64,000 nucleotides of DNA from an uncultured delta proteobacterium (GCA_963796055.1 CAWCKH010000004.1:3594990-3658989); one strand, 5' to 3'. Positions 50,646 to 60,544 are shown, numbered from the stretch's first letter. Numbers and translations: made by a program. Notes: generated from the letters alone by a model not told the origin.

Positions 50646-50895
50646 CTGTCCCTCCTGGGAGGACCGGAACTCTCCACGCTTCGCGTCGAGCCGACAAGCA
50701 CCGGCTCGACGTTGCGACGGCCGACGTCACCCTCCGCACTGGGGGGGTATGCGAGCAGAGACGGTTCGGTCGTCGGTGTCATCGCGTGGGACCCCGGAGC
50801 AGGTTGGGGTGCTGCAGACGCGAACTGCGAGCCGATCCCTTCGTAGACGGCAACGCCGCCCGGCTCGGCCAGCGAGACGGCGAGGATGACGGATG

Positions 50896-51372
50896 TCAGG
50901 CGCTGGTCTGCGATCCGCTGGCGGCCGCCCGAGGGGCGCTGATCGCGGCCACCGTTCCCACAACCTCGTCCGGGGTTACGCCGTTGGCCAGCTTGCGGCT
51001 CCGAAGATGACGCGCCAGGTCGTTGATGGTGATGATTCCCGTCAGGAATCCCGCGCTGTCGACCACCGGGATCCGGTGGACTTGCTCGGCTTGCATCCGT
51101 TCCTCGGTCAGGTGCAGGTCATCCGAGGGCAGGACGGTCACCAACCGCTTGGAAATGACCTCGGAAACCTTGATCTCGTGCAGGGGCTTTCCGCGGATGC
51201 ACGCGGCCATCGCGATGTCCCGATCGGTGATGACCGAGGTCAGCCGCCCGTCTGCGGCCACCACCGGGAGGATCCCGATGTCGTGGTCCCACATCGATTG
51301 CCCGGCCGCCTGCAGGGAATCCTCAGACCGGCAGGTCTCCAGATGGGTGCTCATGATTTCCTTGACACGCAT
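50896..51372 (-). CDS. CBS-domain protein
   Basis: MRVKEIMS, ITDRDI, RIPVVD...GIITINDL. Confidence 0.88.
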   Translation of the reverse strand: MRVKEIMSTHLETCRSEDSLQAAGQSMWDHDIGILPVVAADGRLTSVITDRDIAMAACIRGKPLHEIKVSEVISKRLVTVLPSDDLHLTEERMQAEQVHRIPVVDSAGFLTGIITINDLARHLRSRKLANGVTPDEVVGTVAAISAPRAAASGSQTSA

Positions 51373-51410
51373 GGTACTTCTCCTTTCCGGACTGCCTTGC
51401 ATGAGCTACG

Positions 51411-52232
51411 TCAGCCTCGGAGGAAGGCCAGGAGCTGCTCGTTGACCTGGGCCTGATGCGTGGCAGTGATTCCGTGTGGCGCACCGGGGTAGTAGACGTC
51501 CTTCGCGCCCTTGATGAGCCGGGCCGACTTCTTGGACGAATCCTTCACTGGGACGATCTGGTCATCCTCACCGTGAACCAGGAGGGTCGGGACGTCGAAC
51601 TTTGTGAGGTCAGCGGTGAAGTCCGTCTCGGAGAAGGCCTTGACGGAGTCGTAGGCATTCTTGAGGCCGGCCTGCATGCTCCAGAGCCAGAACTGATCGA
51701 GGAGACCTTGCGAGACCGTCGCGCCGGGACGGTTGGCACCGTAGAACACGGGGGCAAGGTCCCGGTAGTACTGCGAGCGATCCTTGAGGAGACCCGCCCG
51801 GATGCCGTCGAACACGTCGATCGGGAGGCCTTCGGGATTCGTCTGCGTCTTCAGCAATAGCGGCGGCACTGCGGCGATCAGGACCGCCTTCGCTACCCGC
51901 GCCGTTCGATGACGTCCGATGTAGCGCGCGACCTCCCCACCGCCGGTCGAATGGCCGACCAGTGTCACCTCGTCGAGTTCGAGCGCCGTGATCAGTGCCG
52001 CCAGATCATCGGCATACCCGTCCATGTCGTTGCCGCTCCATGCCTGCCCGGAGCGCCCGTGGCCGCGCCGGTCATGGGCGATGACCCGGTAGCCGTTCTG
52101 GGCAAGGAACAGCATTTGCCCGTCCCACATGTCGGAGCTGAGCGGCCAGCCGTGCGAGAACGTCACGACCGGGCCCTTGCCCCAGTCCTTGTAATAAATG
52201 GAGGTACCATCCTTCGCCTTGATCGTGCTCAT
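51411..52232 (-). CDS. cpo: Non-heme chloroperoxidase / alpha-beta hydrolase
   Basis: [35 protein letters not shown]. Confidence 0.92.
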   Translation of the reverse strand: MSTIKAKDGTSIYYKDWGKGPVVTFSHGWPLSSDMWDGQMLFLAQNGYRVIAHDRRGHGRSGQAWSGNDMDGYADDLAALITALELDEVTLVGHSTGGGEVARYIGRHRTARVAKAVLIAAVPPLLLKTQTNPEGLPIDVFDGIRAGLLKDRSQYYRDLAPVFYGANRPGATVSQGLLDQFWLWSMQAGLKNAYDSVKAFSETDFTADLTKFDVPTLLVHGEDDQIVPVKDSSKKSARLIKGAKDVYYPGAPHGITATHQAQVNEQLLAFLRG

Positions 52233-52347
52233 CGGTGATGCTCCTTCCTTTCGTGGTTGTTGCTGGGACAGACAGGCGTTCCGGTTTGATCCGGACAGCG
52301 GTTGACGGACGCGAGCGCCGTGTTGGTAGAGAGAAGGGCGACCGGCG

Positions 52348-53112
52348 CTACATGGCCGTTCGCTGCGGGAACGAGCGGCTGAGCCAGTCCTCGAAGCGGA
52401 CTGCCCCGAGGCGGGCACCGGCGCTCGGTGTCAACGAGCGATCGTCGAGCACGGCTCCGAAGTAGGTTGCCCGAGCGTCGGGGAGCACTCGACGCTCGTC
52501 CCGGGTGGCGCGGAGGAACTGCCGGGCGAACTCATCCATCGGGCGTGCGTCGGGCCCGGCCACCTCGACGGTCGCGTCGAGGGGCGGTTCCAGGGCCAGG
52601 TCGGCCAGCGCTGCGACGACCTCGTCCGACGAGATGGGCTGGAAGAGCGCCGGCGGGACCCGCACCACCCTGTCCACCGTGGCCGAGTCGATGAGCGTGC
52701 GGATGAACTCGAAGAACTGCGTGGAGCGGAGAATCGTGTAGGGAATGCCGGAGCTCTTGATCAGCCGTTCCTGGGCAACCTTGGCGCGGAAGTACCCGTT
52801 GTCGGGGAGGCGGTCGATCCCGACGATGGAGAGCGCCAGATGGTGCCCGACTCCGCCGACCTTCTCCGCTGCGAGAAGGTTCCGGCCCGCGGTCTCGAAG
52901 AAGTCCAGGACCGCCCGATCCTCCCAGGAGGGTGAGTTCGACACGTCGACGACAACGTCGGCGCCGGCGAGGGCCCGGCTCAGCCCCTCCCCGGTGATGA
53001 TGTTCACGCCCGAGGCGAGGGACGCCGCGACGACCTCATGACCGCAGCGACGAAGCCGGATCACGAGCTTCGTTCCGATGAGTCCACTGCCTCCGATGAC
53101 CACGATCTTCAT
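52348..53112 (-). CDS. NAD(P)-binding NmrA/SDR-like oxidoreductase
   Basis: [26 protein letters not shown]. Confidence 0.9.
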   Translation of the reverse strand: MKIVVIGGSGLIGTKLVIRLRRCGHEVVAASLASGVNIITGEGLSRALAGADVVVDVSNSPSWEDRAVLDFFETAGRNLLAAEKVGGVGHHLALSIVGIDRLPDNGYFRAKVAQERLIKSSGIPYTILRSTQFFEFIRTLIDSATVDRVVRVPPALFQPISSDEVVAALADLALEPPLDATVEVAGPDARPMDEFARQFLRATRDERRVLPDARATYFGAVLDDRSLTPSAGARLGAVRFEDWLSRSFPQRTAM

Positions 53113-53173
53113 TGACTGCTCCCGTGAGATGCCGTCCAGCGCGACGCGTGACCGCGAGGCTGGCGACGCGCAG

Positions 53174-53189
53174 AGCATCGGTCGTGCCA
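53174..53189 (-). promoter_or_regulatory. sigma54 promoter of the leftward operon
   Basis: TGGCACGACCGATGCT. Confidence 0.8.
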
Positions 53190-53245
53190 GGAAGTCGGCC
53201 CTGGAAGCCCGTCGTTCCGGCCCCCGAACGTTCACGCCCAAGACG

Positions 53246-53278
53246 GGGACCTGTGCCATGTCACAGATGTCTGTGTGA
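53246..53278 (-). promoter_or_regulatory. Putative upstream activator site, copy 1
   Basis: TCACACAGACATCTGTGACATGGCACAGGTCCC; 31/33 identical to 58048..58080. Confidence 0.75.
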
Positions 53279-53464
53279 TCCGCGAGCGCGACCGTCAGGC
53301 GGTGCCGGAGGAACGCAGGACGACGGCGACGACGCGCCGGGTGCCAGCGCAGCGTGGAGAGTGGAGGACGTGGCCGCCCAACGTCCCGCGGTGGAGCTCG
53401 GCCGAGGGGTCACCAGGACCGGAGGCGGAAAGCGTCTACCGTGGCTTCGAAAGGTGCTGGCTCT

Positions 53465-56400
53465 TCAGGGAGCCGCGACCAGGTCGACGCCACGAAACTC
53501 GAGTCCCGTCCGTCGGAGGGTCCGGGCCAGGCTCTCCGCGGCGGCCGTGTCGTCGGGCCGAGGCAACGACCGGAAGTCCCAGGTCGTCTCTGAGACGACC
53601 CCCTTCATCCGGAGGTCGGGATAGTAGCGCTCGGCCAGGACCGGGGTGACGACACGGCTCAGCCCCTGGAACCAGGCCAGGCGCTCACCAGAGGCTGCAT
53701 CGAGGACCTCGGTGGCGCTCAGGCCATGCGCCAACACGAGAGCGCGCCGGTCTGGAGTCCAGGAGATCGGGCCGTAGACGGCGTCCGGGAGCTCGTTCGA
53801 CACGTTCCAGAGTGTCCGCCCCGTCACGCAGTCCCTGACGGAGATGCTTTGGGTGGTCACCGTCACCAACCTGCCCGGGTCCGTGGTGAGGCTCATCCCG
53901 AGCAGTGCACCGTCGAGGGAGAGCGTCAGCTCCCGGCCCGACGCGAGCTCGCGCACGAAGATCGTGCCGGCGCGGCTCCAGGCGATGCGGCGCCCATCTG
54001 GCGAGAGGAAGCTACGGGTCCCCGCGGTGCCCAGCAACTGGTTGGGGCGCCCCGGCCGGACGCGCCGGGCTTCCTGGAAGAGGCGCCGGCCGACCCGGAG
54101 GTCCCAGACCTCGAGCCCATCCGCCCCGACCTGGGCGAGGTGCGAACCGTCATCGGAGACGGCCAGGTCCGAACAGAGCCGACAGGCGTGCTGCCAGAGC
54201 ACTTGTCCCTTCTGGAGATCGTAGACGACAGCCGCGCTCAAGTCCGTGCTGATGAAGGCAACGGCGTAACCGTCACCCACCAGCGTCGTCGAGGCGGGAA
54301 GGGGGTACGCCCCGCTCACGATGGGGGTATCGATGGGCCTGAAGAGCTCGTAACGACCCGACCTTTCGTCCCACTGGAGCCCGCTCCTTCCGCTCAGCGA
54401 GTGCGCAGCCCGGTTGAACCAGCGGGAACGCCTGGGCATGTCATCCGCCGGCAGGCGCCACCCGCTCAGAACCGACCCGTTGTTCATGCCCGCGGCGAAG
54501 ATCCGCTGCCCATCGGGAGAGAAGGCCAACCGCGGCCAGCCCGCCGGGTAGCGGAGGATTCCGCGGATGCTCCGACTCCGGAGATCCACCACTGCTGCCT
54601 GGGTCGCGCCCTCGCGGGTGGCGAACGCCACGAGCTCGCCATCCGGCGAGACCGCAGTCCCACCGGGTAGAGGCTTCCAAGCGAACGTGCCGGACCTGGC
54701 ATCCGGGAGCTCGATGGAAAAATTTCCCTCCGGTCCTGCGACCAGATCGAGACGGCCCTGCCTGAAGACGACAAGCCCGTGGCGACTGAAGTGAAACCCC
54801 CGGAAGGGTTCTGGCTTGGTTTGGGCGAGCTCACGACCGTCGTCGAGGGAGAGCAGGTGCAGGATCGACGAGAAGCGGCGGTCGGAGTAGACGAGCTGAC
54901 GGCCATCCTCGGAGACGGCGCAGTCGTCTTCAGCGTCGGTCGCGAGTACGCGCGGTTTGGCTCCTGCGACCCGCTGAACCACCTGACCGTTCAGGAGCGA
55001 CACTCGGGGCGGAAAGACGCCGAGACAGGGGTAGCCCGAGGAGCGAGGCCACCTCAATAGCTCGCGTCCCGTCGCAGCATCGTGAAACGCCCAGCCGTCG
55101 GCGAGAGAGACACGAACCAATCCACCCCGGAGAGCCTCGGCTTCGACAACCGGTTCGCCGGAACGGGTCCATAACGTCCTTCCGCTCTCGGCCTCCCGGA
55201 TCTCCACCCGGTCCGAGCTTCGCCCAAGTGCGATGACGCGTCCGTCCGCGAGCACGCCAACATCGGTGAAGGAATCGGATGGGCCGTGCCGCGAAAGGAT
55301 CCGCTCGGTGATCCGCTCACCCGCGACCGCCAGTCCCCAGCGGGCCTCGCGCGTGTCGTGCTGGGCCCGAGCCGCAGCGAAGTAAGCCGCTGCCTTCGAC
55401 CAGTCTCCGTCCTGTTCCGCACGATAGGCGCGTTCACGAAACGAGCTCGCGAGTTCCACCCGGGTCTGGTGGAGGCGCACCGCCACGAAGGTGGAGGTCG
55501 CGAGCAGGGCGGCGACCGCGATCGCCACGCCGGTCAGCAGCGCGCGATGGCTCGATGCGAACTTCTTCAGGAGCTCCCAGGGCCGGTAGCTGTACGCCGC
55601 GACCCTCCCACCGGCCGCGTAGGCGGAGAGCTCCTTCGCCAGATCCTCTGCGCTCTGATACCGGGCCTCCTGATCGAAGGCGAGCGCTCGTTCGGCGATG
55701 GCTGCCAGCTCCGCTGGCGCCTCCGGGCAGACGGCGCGGGCCGCATGGAAGCGTCCGGTGAGCAGGCGCTGCACGATGTGCTCGGTCGTCGCACCGTCGA
55801 AGGGAACACGCCCGGTGAGCAGCTGATAGAGCACGACCCCGAGGCTGAAGACGTCCGAGCGCGCATCGACCCGCGCCCGCTCGCCGCGCGCCTGTTCAGG
55901 GCTCATGTACCCCGGCGTTCCCATCGTCAGGCCGGTGCGCGTCAAATCGGTACCTGGCTCCGGTGCCGGCGCCGCTTCGTCAGGGTCCGGCTCCGCGCTC
56001 GCCTTGGCCAACCCCCAGTCCACGACCACCGTCTCGCCGAAGGACCCGACCATGATGTTGGACGGTTTGAGGTCGCGGTGAATGACCCGGTGAGAATGAG
56101 CGTACGCCACCGCCTGGCACGCAGCGATGAGGTGCGGGAGCAGCTGCAGCCGCTCGTTCAGCGAGGCGCACCTCTCGAGGCGCTTCTTGAACGTCTCTCC
56201 ACGGATGAGCTTCTGCGCACAGAAGACGGCCCCGTCCGGGCGCCGGGCCAGCTCTAGCACCGAGACGATCCCTGGATGATCGAGTCGCGCGGTCAGGCGA
56301 GCCTCGCGAAGAAATCTCTGGCGCGCCGATCGCCTCTCGCGGTCCGAGGTCGGTCCTGTCGATGCCGTCGTCGCCGAATCTCCTGAGCCGGCAATCGCCA

Positions 56401-56617
56401 GCTCCTTGAGCGCGACCTCTCGGGCGACGAACTCGTCGAACGCCCGGATCACCACCGACTGTCCGCCGCGCCCCAGCTCCTCGAGCCGTGTGTACTGACC
56501 TTCGCGCTCGAGCGGGATCTCCGGCTCGGAGCCGTCTGAGCCAGTCCGCGCCACGGGCGCAGTCTTGCGCTCGAGGGGGATCTCCGGCTCGGACCCGTCT
56601 GACCCAGTACGCGCCAC
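53465..56617 (-). CDS. Hanks-type Ser/Thr kinase with TM helix and C-terminal beta-propeller
   Basis: LGRGGQ, VALKEL, HRDLKPSN, DWG, GTPGYMSPEQ; hydrophobic ALLTGVAIAVAALLA; SPDG repeats. Confidence 0.92.
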   Translation of the reverse strand: MARTGSDGSEPEIPLERKTAPVARTGSDGSEPEIPLEREGQYTRLEELGRGGQSVVIRAFDEFVAREVALKELAIAGSGDSATTASTGPTSDRERRSARQRFLREARLTARLDHPGIVSVLELARRPDGAVFCAQKLIRGETFKKRLERCASLNERLQLLPHLIAACQAVAYAHSHRVIHRDLKPSNIMVGSFGETVVVDWGLAKASAEPDPDEAAPAPEPGTDLTRTGLTMGTPGYMSPEQARGERARVDARSDVFSLGVVLYQLLTGRVPFDGATTEHIVQRLLTGRFHAARAVCPEAPAELAAIAERALAFDQEARYQSAEDLAKELSAYAAGGRVAAYSYRPWELLKKFASSHRALLTGVAIAVAALLATSTFVAVRLHQTRVELASSFRERAYRAEQDGDWSKAAAYFAAARAQHDTREARWGLAVAGERITERILSRHGPSDSFTDVGVLADGRVIALGRSSDRVEIREAESGRTLWTRSGEPVVEAEALRGGLVRVSLADGWAFHDAATGRELLRWPRSSGYPCLGVFPPRVSLLNGQVVQRVAGAKPRVLATDAEDDCAVSEDGRQLVYSDRRFSSILHLLSLDDGRELAQTKPEPFRGFHFSRHGLVVFRQGRLDLVAGPEGNFSIELPDARSGTFAWKPLPGGTAVSPDGELVAFATREGATQAAVVDLRSRSIRGILRYPAGWPRLAFSPDGQRIFAAGMNNGSVLSGWRLPADDMPRRSRWFNRAAHSLSGRSGLQWDERSGRYELFRPIDTPIVSGAYPLPASTTLVGDGYAVAFISTDLSAAVVYDLQKGQVLWQHACRLCSDLAVSDDGSHLAQVGADGLEVWDLRVGRRLFQEARRVRPGRPNQLLGTAGTRSFLSPDGRRIAWSRAGTIFVRELASGRELTLSLDGALLGMSLTTDPGRLVTVTTQSISVRDCVTGRTLWNVSNELPDAVYGPISWTPDRRALVLAHGLSATEVLDAASGERLAWFQGLSRVVTPVLAERYYPDLRMKGVVSETTWDFRSLPRPDDTAAAESLARTLRRTGLEFRGVDLVAAP

Positions 56618-56629
56618 GGGCGCAGTCTT
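56504..56629 (-). repeat. 63-nt tandem duplication encoding KTAPVARTGSDGSEPEIPLER twice
   Basis: Copies 56504-56566 and 56567-56629 differ at 4 synonymous positions. Confidence 0.92.
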
Positions 56630-56655
56630 GGCACAGACTCAGCGCTCCGGGCGAC

Positions 56656-58023
56656 TCACTGCCGGCGGAACGTTGTGAGATTGAACCCGTACCGGCTGAT
56701 CCACCGCACGATCTGGGTCCGCCCCTTTCCCACGACGCGGGCGACGGCGTTCAGGTTTCCGTGATGCTCACGGAGCAATCCGAGCAGCTCCTCCCGGTGC
56801 GCCAGCTCCTCCGGGGTCAGGTCCGCGGGCATCCTCTGCCCCTCCAACACTGCCCGCGGAAGGTGCTCGACCTCCACGGTTCCTCCAGCGGAGAGCGCCA
56901 GGGCCGCAGTCACTGCGTTCTCGAGCTCACGAACGTTCAACGGCCAGTGGTAGTTCAGGAGGGCCTCGGTGGCACGCGCCGAGAGGGAGGTCCCGCGTCC
57001 CGGCGAATGTCGCGCGATCAGTGTCGCGAGCAGGAGCGGAACGTCCTCGAGCCGGTCGCGGAGAGGGGGGATCTCGAGGGTGATTGCGTCCAGGCGCGCC
57101 AGCAGGTCGTGGCGGAAGTGCTTTTCCTGAACCCGCGCCTCGAGATCGCGGTGGGTGGCAGCCACCACGCGCAGGTCGAGACGCTGCGGATGGACCGCCC
57201 CGACCGGGAGGACCTCGGATTCTTGCAGCACGCGGAGGAGCGCAGCCTGTGCCTGGAGCGGGAGATCGCCGATTTCATCGAGGAACAACGTTCCTCCGCT
57301 CGACGCCCGGAGCAGGCCCGGATGGTCCCGGTCCGCGCCCGAGAAGGCTCCCCTGCGGTAACCGAAGAGCTCGGCCTCCACGAGGTTGGGGGCGATCGCA
57401 CCACAGTTCACGGCGACGAACTCGCCCGTCCGACCGGAGAGGAGATGGAGCGCCCGGGCGAAAAGCTCCTTGCCGGTCCCGCTCTCGCCGTGGAGGAGCA
57501 CGGGGACGCGGCTGGGGGCCACAGCTTCCAGGCGCCGGAGCACCGACTGGACGACGGGAGAGAACGTCCTGAGCCCCGTCGGGCCTACCGGCAAATCCGT
57601 GCTCTCCAGCAGGGCCGGTTCGCTCCGGTCGTACGTCGAGTGAAAGGCGAAGAAGGTGCCGCCCACCTGAAGCATCGCCCCGTCCTGGAGGAGCTGCTCC
57701 TCGACGCGTTTCGAGTCGACGAAGGTTCCGTTCCGGGACCCGGCATCCCTCACCAGCCATCCGTGGTCCTCCTTCCGGAGGTCCGCATGCTCCGAGGACA
57801 CGGCAGGATCGGGCAGCTCGATCCGCAGCACTCCGTCGTGGAGCTCGGCCTGACGCTCCGGTCCACGAGTCAGGAGGACACGGTCCACGTCGTGGAGGAG
57901 ATACCGGGCTGGTCCAGCGAGCGGCCTCTCGGACTCGATCTGAAGGAAGAGACACGGCCCGGTCCGTACGGGCCGCCGTCTCGCCCGCTCTCCCAAAGAC
58001 CGCGTATCGCCCCTCGCCGGCAT
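56656..58023 (-). CDS. FHA-domain sigma54-dependent enhancer-binding protein
   Basis: FHA VSSEHA...[22 protein letters not shown] variant; C-terminal HTH. Confidence 0.92.
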   Translation of the reverse strand: MPARGDTRSLGERARRRPVRTGPCLFLQIESERPLAGPARYLLHDVDRVLLTRGPERQAELHDGVLRIELPDPAVSSEHADLRKEDHGWLVRDAGSRNGTFVDSKRVEEQLLQDGAMLQVGGTFFAFHSTYDRSEPALLESTDLPVGPTGLRTFSPVVQSVLRRLEAVAPSRVPVLLHGESGTGKELFARALHLLSGRTGEFVAVNCGAIAPNLVEAELFGYRRGAFSGADRDHPGLLRASSGGTLFLDEIGDLPLQAQAALLRVLQESEVLPVGAVHPQRLDLRVVAATHRDLEARVQEKHFRHDLLARLDAITLEIPPLRDRLEDVPLLLATLIARHSPGRGTSLSARATEALLNYHWPLNVRELENAVTAALALSAGGTVEVEHLPRAVLEGQRMPADLTPEELAHREELLGLLREHHGNLNAVARVVGKGRTQIVRWISRYGFNLTTFRRQ

Positions 58024-58047
58024 CCCCCGACGTATAGCGCCCTCCGC

Positions 58048-58080
58048 TCACACAGACATCTGTGTCATGGCACCGGTCCC
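58048..58080 (+). promoter_or_regulatory. Putative upstream activator site, copy 2
   Basis: TCACACAGACATCTGTGTCATGGCACCGGTCCC with palindromic core CACAGA-CA-TCTGTG. Confidence 0.75.
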
Positions 58081-58137
58081 TGCACCGGGCGGCGTGCGTT
58101 CGGCCCCGAACGAACGCGTCCAGCGGGGCCGATCGTC

Positions 58138-58153
58138 TGGCACGCCCGATGCT
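58138..58153 (+). promoter_or_regulatory. sigma54 promoter of the rightward operon
   Basis: TGGCACGCCCGATGCT. Confidence 0.8.
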
Positions 58154-58168
58154 CTCCCGCGACGCATC

Positions 58169-58819
58169 ATGCCCCTTCCAAAGCGGGAAATAGCCGGGGT
58201 GATCGTTCCAGACACACCCCTCGTGGCGCGGGCGATGGATGAGGCGTGCACCGTGTCCGCGCCGTACCTCTTCAACCACGCGGTCCGGTCCTGGCTCTTC
58301 GCGGTGCAAATCGCCGAGCTGAGGGGCCTGCACTACGACGAGGAGGTCGTCGCGATGGCCTCCTTGCTCCACGACGTCGGGCTCACCCCGAAGTACCAGG
58401 GGGAACGACGGCGCTTCGAGGTCGAGGGGGCGGACGCAGCACGCAGGCTAGCAAGGAGCGGAGGCCTCGATGAACGCAGGGCCCAGCTCCTCTGGTATTG
58501 CGTGGCGCTCAACGCGACGCTCTCCGTCAGTCCCCACGCAGAGCCAGAGGTGAGGATCTGCACCATCGGAGCCGGCGTCGACTACGCCGGCTTCCTCTCC
58601 GAGGGGATCCCGAAGGGGACGATGGCGAGCATTCTCGCTGCCTATCCCCGTCTCCAGATGAAGCAGCGGCTGCGGGACTGCCTCTGCGACATCGCACGGG
58701 AGCGCCCGCAGACCACCTACGAGAACTTTCTTCGAGACTTCGGCGAGCGTTTCGTCCCGGGGTACAAGCCGCCAATTTCGACGGTGGACCTCCTGGCGAA
58801 CGCTCCGTTCGATGAATGA
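58169..58819 (+). CDS. HD-domain protein (cyanamide hydratase-like family)
   Basis: FNHAVRSW, LLHDVGL, RFEVEGADAA, AYPRL. Confidence 0.85.
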   Translation: MPLPKREIAGVIVPDTPLVARAMDEACTVSAPYLFNHAVRSWLFAVQIAELRGLHYDEEVVAMASLLHDVGLTPKYQGERRRFEVEGADAARRLARSGGLDERRAQLLWYCVALNATLSVSPHAEPEVRICTIGAGVDYAGFLSEGIPKGTMASILAAYPRLQMKQRLRDCLCDIARERPQTTYENFLRDFGERFVPGYKPPISTVDLLANAPFDE

Positions 58820-58837
58820 GTCAAAAGGAGCATCGCC

Positions 58838-59113
58838 ATGAACAAGATTGACAGAGAAGCCGAAGCCCCCGCGTCGTCCTTCCAGCGCGAGCGGCGCCAC
58901 CGCCTCCTCGTCGCCATCGCGCTGGCCGTGTTGGGTGCCGGCGCCACCTACGCTGCGGTCGGTTCGCCCTTTGCCTCTGCCGCCCCGCAATCGGTTCCGC
59001 CTTCCCCGCCGAGGGCGGTGAGGACCCAGGATTCGCAGCGGTGGCACACCGCTGATGCGGACGCCGACGTCGGCCCTGGACAGTGTGAGCCGTGCGTTGT
59101 GAGTGCACCGTGA
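58838..59113 (+). CDS. Small secreted or membrane protein with DVGPG motif (91 aa)
   Basis: RBS AAGGAG; basic N-region, hydrophobic helix, C-terminal DADVGPGQCEPCVV. Confidence 0.7.
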   Translation: MNKIDREAEAPASSFQRERRHRLLVAIALAVLGAGATYAAVGSPFASAAPQSVPPSPPRAVRTQDSQRWHTADADADVGPGQCEPCVVSAP

Positions 59114-59124
59114 AGGAGGAAGAG

Positions 59125-60013
59125 ATGACCATCCAGACCACCGAGCCAACCATCACCGGGCGCGAGGCAGCGCGCAACCATCACCGGGCACGAAGCAGCG
59201 CAGGTCGAGCGCGCGAACGCCTCGAGCGCCACGCCCGTTGTCTTCGTTCACGGGCTCTGGCTGCTGCCCTCGAGCTGGGAGCGCTGGGTGACGCTCTTTG
59301 AGCAAGCCGGCTACGCGGCGGTCACGCCGGGCTGGCCGGACGATCCCGAGACGGTCACCCAAGCCAGGGAGCACCCTGAGGTGCTCGCGGGCAAGGGAAT
59401 CGCCGAGATCGCCGACTACGAGGAAGCGATCATCCGCCGCCTGGATCGGAAGCCCGTGATCATCGGCCACTCCTTCGGTGGCCTGCTGACCATGATCCTC
59501 GCCGGGCGAGGGCTCGCCGCCGCGTCGGTCGCGATCAGCCCTGCTCCGTTCCGCGGCGTGCTCCCGCTGCCGCTCGCGGCGCTGCGCACTGCCAGCGTCG
59601 CCTTGCGGAACCCCGCGAACTGGAACCGCGCCGTCCCACTCAGCTACGAGCAGTTCCGCTACAGCTTCGCGAACGAGGTCGGCGAGGACGAAGCGAAGGA
59701 GCTGTACCTCGGCTACTCCGTTCCCGGCGCCGGCGAGCCGCTCTTCCAGTCCGCGTCCGCGAACCTCAATCCGTGGACAGAGGCGAAGGTCGACGCTGAA
59801 AACCCGGACCGGGGTCCGATGCTGATCATCTCGGCCGACTCGGACCAGACGGTCCCCTGGGCGATCGCGAACGCGGCCTACAAGAAGCAGAAGCGCAACA
59901 AGGGCGTGACCGAGATCGTCAAGATGCCGGGCCGCGGGCACTCGCTGACGATCGACGCCGGCTGGCGGGAGGTCGCCGAGAAGGCGCTCGAGTTCGTCAG
60001 GCGATTCACATGA
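59125..60013 (+). pseudogene. Alpha/beta hydrolase frameshifted by a 28-nt tandem duplication
   Basis: RBS AAGGAGG + ATG 59125; VFVHGLWLLPSSW and GHSFGG lie in the +1 frame; removing one 28-nt copy restores the frame. Confidence 0.85.
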
Positions 60014-60452
60014 GCGATCTCTTCGTAAACGCGCCGAGCATCACGATCGACGATTCCGACACGTGGCCACTGTCCCTCGCGTATTCAAACGATGTCGGAT
60101 TCGCCGGCAGTCTGCGCCGCGCTTCGTCTAACCGCGCACTCCTCCGCGCGGCGACGAAACTCGCACCGCCGGCGCTGCACATTGATTCACGAGTTGGACG
60201 GAATCCCGTTGTACAACGGCGATGTCGAAGACGCTGGCGCCCCGCCGAACGTGGTGCAGCTTCGTGACGCTGTTCGGAAGTCGGATGGATTATTGCAGAC
60301 TGAATACAACCACGGCGTTCCAGGCGTGCTGAAGAACACGATTGACTGGCTGTCCAGACCGCCGCGCACCAGTGCATTGAACGGCAAAGTCGCGGCGCTG
60401 ATGGGAGCCTCGCCGGGCATGACGGGAACCGCGCGCGGCCAGTCGCAACTCA
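60010..60452 (+). pseudogene. NADPH-dependent FMN reductase (ChrR/SsuE-like), frameshifted and truncated
   Basis: AGSLRRASSNRALL, then in another frame IPLYNGD...EYNHGVPGVLKNTIDWLSR...GTARGQSQL. Confidence 0.85.
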
Positions 60453-60489
60453 GCCCGGGGAGGCCGCCAGCGCAGACCCGAAGCGGTTC

Positions 60490-60533
60490 GAATGGTATTC
60501 AAGAGGTCGCCGGTTCCATCCCGGCTAGCTCCA
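60490..60533 (+). other. Degenerate 3' half of a tRNA-Ala (att-site remnant)
   Basis: GAATGGTATTCAAGAGGTC-GCCGG-TTCCATC-CCGGC-TAGCTCCA: anticodon arm, T-arm and Ala-type acceptor strand; no 5' half. Confidence 0.75.
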
Positions 60534-60544
60534 CTGGGAAGTCC

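Noticed and set aside
53285..53460. Possible mobile-element remnant between the enhancer and the kinase 3' end
   Set aside because: No terminal repeats or recognisable transposase motif; too short to support
56639..56641. Selenocysteine recoding of the kinase TGA
   Set aside because: No convincing SECIS-like hairpin recognised and no redox motif context
60490..60533. Functional tRNA-Thr(GGT)
   Set aside because: No 5' acceptor strand or D-arm; the acceptor 3' strand is Ala-type and the T-loop is mutated
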